Assembly: GCF_009914755.1 (NCBI RefSeq)
Contig: NC_060929.1
Length of the DNA stretch: 64,000 bases
Origin: the human T2T-CHM13v2.0 reference genome, Homo sapiens
Strand: one strand, 5' to 3'
Position numbers and translations under genes: made by a program
Shown here: one piece after another, positions 53,400-64,000 of the stretch
Layout of the letters: every line of letters begins with the position of its first letter
Numbering within the stretch: position 1 is the stretch's first letter
The notes under the pieces: generated by a model
Databases searched by the model: none
What the model saw: only the letters and a program-made list of their open reading frames with translations
What the model was told of the DNA's origin: nothing

Positions 53400-54064
53400 C
53401 TAGCCCTTATAGCCATAATGGGTAACTATACGATTATCCCCATTCCACACCTGAGGAAAACTGAAGCATGGAGACATTAACTTGCCAAGGTAACTGGCTA
53501 GTAAGTGATAGAACTGAAATAGAAAAAGCCATTAATAGGAATAAGTAACATGGAAGGGAAAGCTGAATAATTTTTATTGACTTTGAGCGTATAGAAAATT
53601 AGGGTAGATTATGCCAATTAAACCCCTTCACTTTCCTTTCAACCAGATTTTTAACTAGTAGCAAGTGAAAGTCATTTATTAATTCACTCAACAAATACTC
53701 AACTTCCATTGAGGCAGTGCTAGTGGAGGTTAAATGACATCTAAGATATGTTGGCCAGGGAACCTCCATGCCAGTGGCTGTGTGTTTGTGACCAACCTAA
53801 TTCTTCTTTTTAAAAAGTTTCTGCCTGTATTCACTATTTTAAAGTGCACTTTCCAAACAAAATAGGGATTGTCATTTTGATCCTGACTCTGACCCAATTG
53901 ACAGTCAGTTCAAGCAGGCTACTTTTGTATTATGCAACACAAACATTTCAACCTATCTTCAGTTCACGTGTATTCATAATGATCGTCTAAGGGCATATGT
54001 GTAAAATGCACATTCCAGGCCCTCATTCTAGACTACTAAGTCAGAGTCTCTATTTTCAAAACAA

Positions 54065-54270
54065 TGTTTAAAGAGCAGGGGCTTTGGAGTCCCAAAGACT
54101 GGGTTTGAAAACTGTCTCACCCATTTATAAGCTATAGTGCCTTTGGCAATGTACTTAATATTTTTTGTTTGTTTGCTTGACTTCAATATCCTCATAAGTA
54201 ATGTAGGAATAAAAATTCTTACCTGTCATAAGGTTTTGGTGAACACTAATTTAGAATGAGGGTCTAATTA
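54065..54270 (+). mobile_element. MIR
   Basis: aagagcaggggctttggagtc..agactgggtttgaa. Confidence 0.7.
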
Positions 54271-54566
54271 TAATATTTATATTAATAGCTTACAAATATC
54301 GAGTACTTACAAAGTATTGAGCACTGACGCCAATGCTGTATCTGTATTATCTTATTAATTTGTCTTAAGCAAATAATAAATCTGCAACTGGTAAGACCTA
54401 TAGTTAGAGCAGACACTAGAATTCTCATAATTGATGGGAAGCCAGTCACAACGACAAGATTTAAGTGCAGAGTAAGAGAATAATGGATTACTTGGAACAA
54501 GTCATCTAGACTTGTGGTGCCCAAAGCCAGTCCACAACATCAGAATTAACTGGGTAAACTCATTAA

Positions 54567-54925
<359 letters not shown>

Positions 54926-55269
54926 CTAACTTAGTAGCTCTTGGAGACCTCAGAGTCTCTATTGTTTAAAAAGTTCAAATGATTTTGAATCATGGCCAAG
55001 ATTTAAAACAAGGCATTCACTTGAGCTTCATTTTCTTAAGATCCATAAGGTTAGAGAGTAGGTCATTTTTTTCTTTCTTTTTTAAAAAAATTTCTAATGT
55101 CTAGCACAGTGCTGTCATGTAGAAGACACTCAAAAATCTTCTTTTAGGTGACATAAAATGGGATTGATAATTTTCTATCTGTCTTCATAGGGGCTTTAGA
55201 AGGATCTTTTGTAAGGCTCTATTTGACAATTCATCTCAAAAATAGATGAGTTTATATACAAATATAATT

Positions 55270-55505
55270 TTAGATTCAGTAATCCCACTACTGATTCTAT
55301 ATTTAAATAATAAAATCAGTACATAGAAGAGAAATCTGCTCTCCCATGTTTATTGCAGCTCTAGTCACAATAGGCAAATTATGAACTCAACCTAAGTGTT
55401 CATAAACAGATGAATAGATACATACAGTGATATATATATATATAATATGTGATATAAAATGGGATATATAATATATATAATATACACACAAACACACACA
55501 CATTT

Positions 55506-55550
<45 letters not shown>

Positions 55551-56060
55551 GTGCAATGGAATATTACTCAGCCATAAAAAAGAATAAAATCCTGTCATGT
55601 GGCAACATGGATAAACCTGAAAGGCATTATTAACATAGTTCACTTAATAGTGAAATAAGCCAGGCACAGACAGACAAATACCACATGTTCTCAGTCATAT
55701 CAGGAACCTAAAAAAGTTGATCTCATAGAAGTAGAGAATAGTGAATAGTGGTTACCAGAGGCCTGGGAGGGTGGTAGGAAGATGGAAAGAGATTAGTCAA
55801 TAAGTATAAAGTCATAGATCTGAGGAATAAGTTTTGTTCTATAGCACAGTAGGGTGACTATGGTTAACAATATCATATGGTATCTCTCAAAACAGCTAGG
55901 AGAGAGGATTTTGAATCTTCTCACCACAAATAAATGATAAATATATGAGGTAATGGATATGCTAATCATCTTGGTTTGATATCATTACACAATATACACA
56001 TATCAAAACATCACACTGTACCTTATAAATATGTGCAATCATATCAATTTCTTTTAAATA
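55270..56060 (+). mobile_element. L1MA 3' region with internal (TA)n/(CA)n
   Basis: gtaatcccactactg, ctcccatgtttattgcagc, tactcagccataaaaaagaat, gtagggtgactatggttaacaa. Confidence 0.9.
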
Positions 56061-58404
56061 TAATTTTATATGGATTTATTTATTAATTTTAGTGTGTTTT
56101 CTCCCACTTTGTAAACATAGAGTATTTGGTTTTTGGTCACCCACTATTAGATTCTCTACAAAGGAATTATAGCAAGATTTTAAATAAACTGCCTCTTTCA
56201 AATTCCTCAGATTAATCTTTGCTTGAATTACTTTTTACTCAGAATTGAAGTGCTGCAGAATGACCTGAAGTTCACATGCATTTATGCATGTTAGTTTGAG
56301 TATAGTGTTCAATCCTGTCAACTGTTCACTTCATCATTCTTTAAAACTAGTTTTAGACCTGTGTTATACCACATCTGGAATCTAAACCTACCATCAAAGC
56401 AGCAAAATCTGTTTCAGGCAAGCCCTACTGCATTCTGCTAGAAGAGCTAAACCGTGATTTAAAATACCCAGAAGTGCTATTCTAGTTCCTTCCAATTGCC
56501 TATCATCCAGTGTTTTGTAACGCAGACACCCTTAGGGAGAGTCATGGAGGTCTCCAAGCCCAGGCTTATAAAAGAAGAAAATAAAGAAAATTAAAAAGTT
56601 CTTCAGGAGGAGGAAAACTAATGCATTATCCCAGGTAAAGGGCCCTGGAATAGGAAAGTCTCCTGAGAACCAGAAAGGCAATTATATGCTAAGATTGGGA
56701 TTCAATGTTCTCGTAAGTCATATGACTAGACTTGACTTCTTCAGTCTCCCTCTGCACTTCATGTATTGCCAATGGTCCTCCACATAGAATGAAAGGGAGA
56801 GAATTATGGCTGAAAGTCTTAAAATGTCTGGACTCAGAATTCTACAGCGCTGACAGATCATCCTGAAACAAGGCTTGCCTAGTTTAGCCTCTGTCTCTGC
56901 AAATCTACTTTACTGAAAGTTCATTTCAGTGCCGCTCATTGGTAGGAATAAAATAAATTTCAACAGAAAAAAAAAACAGGAGAGAAATAAGTTATTAAAT
57001 CCATTTCTAGCCTAGAATGCAATTTTGGGGTGTGTGGGGACTTAGATTCATGAAAGTAAAGATGAAAGTTTTTAATTTTGAAATCAGCACAAACTCCCAA
57101 GGAGGCAAGGAAAAGGGCATGGGGATTTCTCCTACCTTCTGTGGTTCCAATCTCGATAGTGCCTTTCACTTGGCTGAAGCACCATAGTGTGTCCTGGGTG
57201 AGTGTCCCAATTCCTGAAAACAACACAAGGAGACACTTCAGGTTAGGTAAGAGCTCCCAGTTGTTCTTAAGAGACCAACAAGAAAAGAAATATATAGCAG
57301 AATCTATGCATTTCTAAAAGGAGACTTGCACACCAGGTATCATCTCGTCAGAGAAGAGACCCTAGTGAGTCCTGAGAGGACGGTCAGTCTGCAAGTACCA
57401 CGTCCTGCTGTGAATCACTGCTCTGTCTCCTCCGTTTGACCAGGCCAGGACCAGTTTGAACTGGAGCAATTGGAGTTTGTCCCTTCTCAGGCCCTGGCAG
57501 CGTCCTGGAGTGGTTACGAAGGACTTGCAGTCATCCCCTGTGTGACTGGCCCTTTTCACGGGAATACTAATGCTTTTGATTGTTTTCCTTCTGTGATGGT
57601 GGGGAAGAGAATGAGGCAGTTCGTTAAGGGGTGAGAGGAAAAGAAAGGCAACATTTTTTTTTTAAACTGGGCTTCACAGCTTGCATGGTTGAGCGGCCAG
57701 TAAGGGGTCAGATACCCAGAGCACTTCCATCTCTCTTGTTCACTTCTTGACTGCTTGCCAAAGTCAGGCTGACTGCAGAGTAGGGAAAAACAAAAAAAAA
57801 ACAAGGCTGGGGATGGGGCGGGGTGGCTCACACAGAGTTTGGGAGTCAGTTTCTGACAAATGTGGCCTATTTTGTTCCAAGGTTATTTTTGTTTCAGATC
57901 CAGTTGGACATTTGATGGGGCTAAATGTTCTGGGTAATAGTGACTCCTGGTTTCTACAAATATATGTAGCCAATACTAATGAATATATCAATACATATAT
58001 TAAGAGATATTCTAATTCCTTTACATATTCAAAAGAGTCCTTTACAGAACACTTCTGGATAGCAGGGGTGCCAGTTTTCTTCTCAACAGCATGAACATTC
58101 CCCTTCAATTCAACTAGGTTTCAAAATTCAAGAGAATATTGCAGAATCAAATTTTGGGAGATGGTATGAATTTAAGAATGATTAAATTCAGTAGGAAAAA
58201 AACCACAAAGTTTCAAAAACAAATTGACCTTTAAAAATGCACAGGGATCTGAGTAGTCATTTTCATTGTCAGCCATAGATTTTTATTGAATTCCTATACG
58301 GAAACCTTCATCTGCTTAGCCACACGAGAGGAGCATTGCCTCTCATATGCTCTTCTCAGTGTTGTTGACGGGTTATCTGATGGAAGTAGTATAGAGTCAT
58401 CATT

Positions 58405-58590
58405 AAAAGTAGAGACTTTGCAATTAGGCAGGGTTTATAGTTGGGCTCTGACTTGGGACAAGTTTCTAAGCATAATGAGACAGTTTCCTCATCTTAAATG
58501 GCAATAATAATGGTACCCATCTCTCAGAGTTGTGGATGTTGAATATGATTAGCACAGTCAAGAAACTTAATAATGGATATTAGTAGTAGT
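58405..58590 (+). mobile_element. MIR
   Basis: gacttgggacaagtt...cagtttcctcatcttaaatgg...gttgtgga. Confidence 0.7.
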
Positions 58591-58649
58591 AAAGATTGAT
58601 TCTAAAGTGTTTCATACTAAAAAAAAAAAAGAAGAACATTGGCTGAGAA

Positions 58650-58840
58650 AATTTCAGGCACTGTGGTAAGCACTTGACTTAGAGTAACTCCATTCTTACA
58701 TAAATCATGGGGAGGGCATTATTATCATCCCCACTTTACAGGGGAGGAAACTGAGACTCAGGAATTTTTGGTAACTCCCTCAAGGACACACCTAGCGCAT
58801 GGCTAGGTTGAGATTTCAATCAAGCCTGTCTGACTTGCAG
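58650..58840 (-). mobile_element. MIR
   Basis: caggcactgtggtaagcac...attatcatccccactttacaggggaggaaactgagactcag. Confidence 0.8.
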
Positions 58841-61800
58841 TATTCCCAGTGTGTAGAGGTTGGATACCCATTTGACAGTTTGGGCCCTTTAGCCCAGTAA
58901 GGCTTCACAGCAAGAATCTCATTTGGAAGGCTGAGCTGGAATACAGTTTCAGATATCAAGTAGTAAAGTATCAATGTCTCCTTTGAGATGACACAGGGCT
59001 AAAACTTCCTAATAAAATTAGCACCTAGAAGGGGAGAAGGAAGGCCTTTAGCAGCATTTATTAGTGCATAGACAGACACACCCACAGTGCTGATCCTTGC
59101 TTATACTTTCTGTTCTGGCCTTGGATTCCAGCATCAGACATTCTTTGACAGGTTCTTACCCTACCTTGTGAGTTGTCAGTGACCCTCTCTACACTGAGTC
59201 AATTCTGCTGTTGAGATCTGAGACACATCTGTCTTAGGGAACATTAGCTATAGATGAGATTTCTCCCCAGTTTTTGTCCTGGCACAGTTCCTATATCAAT
59301 AGTTATGATTCTGGATGTAGATGCTGTTTCTATTTTCACTAAACATGTACTTCAAAGCAAGCAGACATATGCAACTCTGAAACACATACATGCATACATA
59401 CAAACCTAGGCATATTTAAATATGAGCCTATGTCTAGATATTTGTACTACTTCAGAGAATTTTAGCTCTAGGAGGAACCTGGCTTATGTGTGAAATTAAT
59501 TTATTTCACATCTGAAAAACCCAAATCATGGAAGTTACTGACTTGGTGAATTCACTAGGAATAATGTGACCAATTCACATACCAATGCCAGTTCCTGATG
59601 TTTACTCATAGATAGGGTTGCCCAGAGGCATAAGCTCGTTGATGAGAGTTGGTTGATTACTGTGAGGGTTCCAGGCAGCCAAGATATTGTCAGTGTTTTT
59701 GTCCAAGGCAGGCTTCCACTGGACCCAATTTCTGTCTCCCACCAATATTATTGCCAAATGAGGGAATTAGTGATGCAAAGAAAGTTTGGACCATGCCATT
59801 TCTTTCCTAAAAGTGCTAAGCAGCCGCTGAAAACACAAATGCCTGGATGGATTAGGATGTAAATGAGACAAGCTGTCCAGGTGTCAGATATTCAGTGATT
59901 TGACACTTGATCTCAGTCTGTGATCATCTCAAAAGTGGCAGGAATGAAGGAACTGGAGGATTCAGGCTTTGCCTGAAGGTCAGCAGCTATTCAGCTCCAG
60001 CTAAATGTTGCCATGAAAAATTTCAGCCCAGTGTGACCAGATTGGCTGATATTTTTCAGAAGAGGCCAGAAATCTGGATTATTATGTGAATAATCCAAAT
60101 GTTCAAATAACTCCAAATTTTTTAATGTTATCAGTAAGTTCAAATTAGAAGACTCACACAGCATGGCTCACACAGCATAGGGCAAACATCATATCTGCAG
60201 GCTGAATATTGTCTTGGTGCCACCAATTTTTAAATCTCTGGTTAGAATATTTGTGCTGAAAGACACTTTAAGTAATACCTAGCTCATGCTTACCATTTCA
60301 CAGATTAGGAAGTAGGGCCCTATGAGGGAAAAGAACTTACAACAGTTGCAGACCTTCAGTTACTTCAGTTGCAGACCTAGGACACCAAGGGGCCAAATCC
60401 AATTCTTATACCAGATTCCCTTTTACCACCAGGCTACCTGTCATGGCAATGGTTTGGCAAGATATCTGTCTATATTAAATGAATGCTCTTTGGGGAAGTG
60501 TATTTGATTGCTAAAGTGGGATGGTTGGGAGAATTATACCAACATAGAAAGGAAAATTTGTTTCTCTTAAATGACAGACCTTGAGAGCTTCCCTAAACCC
60601 CAGTGTTAAATGACACCTCATTGGCTATGGTAATGGTGTCCACAAGCAACATTCCCTACCAGGAGGCTGATGCAGATCCAGTGGCGAAACATCTTGGAAG
60701 GTGCTCATGCTTTTCTCCTCCACAGCTCAAAAGGGCCCTGAGTCTCACCTACTGAATGGTTGGAAGCACAGCCCGCAGATGGCATGCATGTATCTTATCT
60801 CTAGGCTCATGGAATAGACAACTTCTGAATCTGGTCAGCCCTTGGAGATCACTTGGTCCAATGGCCTCATTTAAAAGCAGAGGACACAGAAGCCCAAAAG
60901 GGGCATGGCCACACACTGAGTTAACAGCAGAGTTGGAGCCAGCCCAGGGCTCTGATGTCCTGCACAGGGCCCTTCAGAGTTGAGGCTGGCCTTTGTGCGG
61001 CCTCTTTTGTGCCAGCTCAGCTTTGTGAATACAATGAACAGAGGGTGTGACATGCAGCAAATAAAGCTCCTTATTGATTGGGAGGTGACTGTAAAGAGTT
61101 ATTTTCAGGGGCTTTGTGCTAGCAGTGTGCTTCTCTCTGCAGAGAGAGGGAGAGGGAGAAAGAGAGAGAGAGAGAGAGAAAGAGAGATCCTTGCCCAGAA
61201 AAATTTTCTCTGAGAGAAATCTAATTTAAAATTGATTATGTTATAGGCTATAAATGTATATTCACCACATAGAAAGAGCCTTAATGGTGCAATCCTCTCT
61301 GTTTTTATGAGGATACTGCAATAACTTATGGCAGGCACTTAGTGTGAAATATGAATGAATGTCTTGCTGACACATCAGCCCCAATTTGGTGTAGAAATCT
61401 TTCCATCAAGGAAGCTGAATTTCTAAAAGGACAGACTTAGGTACTCCAGAGACAGTTAAAAATAAGGACTTCAGACTTCAGTGAAAAAGAGAGGCTTTTA
61501 TTTTTTACTTTCCACCTCTATACCCCGTATATTGCTTGATATTTAGCAATTGCCACTGCGTTTAGTAAAGACAGGCCACTTGTGTATCCCCAGTTTGCCA
61601 GAGAGCTCATAGAACAGAAACAAGCAGAGATAGTAAGCACATCAGGTTTTAAAGTGAAACGTTTCCTTTGCACGGGATCCATCATTAGAAACATTACGGA
61701 AAAACCATCATTGGATCATTTTGCTGGGTGTAGTTCACTGGAGGATTTCGATTGGCAACCAGAAAAATTGTTAATTGGCTAAACTGACCATCACAACAGT

Positions 61801-62479
61801 TCGTTTACTGGAAGAAAGGGAAGGGAGGTGGAAGGAAGTGGATACATTTGGCAGATTACTAAGAAGGTAGTATCAATTAGGGATTTGTGGTGATTTGCAA
61901 TAGGAATGAGGAAGGGAAGAAGTGAAGGAATCTTGGACTATTGGTGAGACAGTGGAGCTACTCATTCTTTATTGAGCTTTTGATCCCATATCCTAATAAT
62001 TTACTGAACAAAGGAAAGTTTTTATACTCTCAAAAAAATAATGATGCTGCAAAGTTTCTCATTAGAAATCTCACCGTATTTTACAAATCAAAGGAAATGA
62101 AGGTACCTAATATCCTCAAACAGATCTGTGTAAATATCTGTATGGTAGATACTGAGAAAATGAGAAGACACATTATTTCTTGCCTAATGCATCCTAGCAC
62201 AGCATTTTGGAGTGTAATTTAAAAGTATCCAAGATTGAAAGACTGTATTTTACTCTTCTCCGTATATACAATTATTATTTTTTGATAGTGTTCTACTATT
62301 TATAGTAAGGTTTTAATAAATAGTTAATATAGTCCTTTCCACCCTTTCTTTTTAAAAAGCTTTTGAAGGTATAATTGACATTTAATAAATGGGAGATACT
62401 TAAGGTGTGGAATTTGACAAATTATGACATGTATACCATCACCTTGAAACCATCATTCCAATCAATATAATAAACATAA

Positions 62480-62809
<330 letters not shown>

Positions 62810-63033
62810 TAATCTTTTTTAGCCCTTTGTCTTGCCCATACTTCTCCTTCCCCCTAATCTCAGGCACCTCTGATTTGCACTGTATCTATAGTCTGTATTT
62901 TTTGTAATTTTATACAAATGCAATCCTATGGTATGTACTCTTTTTTTTTTTTGCTTCCTTTGATCAGCATTGAGATCAATTCCTGTTTTTGCATGTATCA
63001 ATTGTTCATTTCTTTTTATTGTTGATTTGCATT

Positions 63034-63035
<2 letters not shown>

Positions 63036-63078
<43 letters not shown>

Positions 63079-63357
63079 AGACAGAGTCTTGTTCTACTGC
63101 CCAGGCTGGAGTGCAGTGGCATGATCTTGGCTCACTGCAACCTCTGCCTCCTGGGTTCAAGTGATTCTCCTGCCTCAGCCTCCTGAGTAGCTGGCATTAC
63201 AGGCGCGTGCCACCACGCTTAGCTAATTTTTGTATTTTTAGTAGAGATGGGGTTTCACCATGTTAGTCAGGCTGATCTCGAACTCTTGACCTCATGATCC
63301 ACCCGCCTTGGCCTCCCAAAGTGCTGGGATTACAGGCATGAGCCACCACGCCCAGCC
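63036..63357 (-). mobile_element. AluS (Sg/Sc-like) with T42 tail
   Basis: Full dimer; perfect 13-bp TSD tgatttgcattcc (63023-63035 and 63358-63370). Confidence 0.97.
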
Positions 63358-63563
63358 TGATTTGCATTCCATTATATGGATATACCATAGTTTGTTTATT
63401 CATTTACCTTAATTTAGGTTGTTTTCAATTTTTGGCTATTACAAACAAAACTACTAGAAACATTTGTGTATGCTTTTACTTTTCTTGGGAAAATACCTAA
63501 TAGGATGGCCAGGTCATATGATAAGCATGTATCTAACATTTTAAGAAATGCCAAGCTGCTTTG

Positions 63564-64000
63564 TTTTTTCCAACTGATTTTAGGTTGATGGGGTACATGT
63601 GCAGGTTTGTTGCATGGGTAGACTGCATGTCACTGGGGTTTGGTGTACAGATGATGTCATTATCCAAGTAGTGAGCATGGTATCCAGTAGGTAGTTTTTG
63701 AAACTTCATGTTTCTCCCAGCCTCTACCTCCAAGTAGGCTCCAGTGTCTTCTGTGCCCACCGTTGTGTCCACGTGTACTCAGTGTTTAACTCCTATTTGA
63801 AAGTGAGAATATGCGGTATTTGGTTTTTTGTTCCTGTGTTAATTCACATAGGATAATGGTCTCTAGCTCTATCCATGTTGCTGCAAAGGACCTAATTTTG
63901 TTTTTATGGCTGCATAATATTCCATAGCGTATATATACCATATTTTCTTTATTCAGTCCACTGTTGATTGACATCTTGGTTGATTCCATGTCTTTGCTAT
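63564..64000 (-). mobile_element. L1PA15/16-like 3' end, running off the window
   Basis: gggtacatgtgcaggtttgtt..catggg...gtcactggggtttggtgtacag, atccatgttgctgcaaagga. Confidence 0.9.

Overview
This window looks like non-coding primate (human-like) genomic DNA, either intronic or intergenic, AT-rich and without a CpG island. It is dominated by interspersed repeats: eleven Alus (J/S/Y, several with target-site duplications, TSDs), stacked old L1M elements, L1PB/L1PA/L1MA fragments, many MIR and L2 relics, MaLR/ERVL LTRs, a clean solo LTR6 (HERV-S71), and Tigger3/MER20/MER5 DNA transposons. No protein-coding gene, RNA gene or CRISPR array can be supported. The listed ORFs are Alu, L1 or simple-repeat translations, or chance ORFs. 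I found no evidence of a new biological system. The most unusual structure is an 'inside-out' L1PB at 7770-9132: two consecutive L1 pieces face each other across a 26-bp copy of sequence found about 1 kb downstream. Other leads are the LTR6 (GATA/FOX motifs, intact TATA, degraded polyA signal) and a few repeat-poor islands with promoter- or splice-like signals. Subfamily names come from recalled consensus sequences, and boundaries of old elements are approximate.
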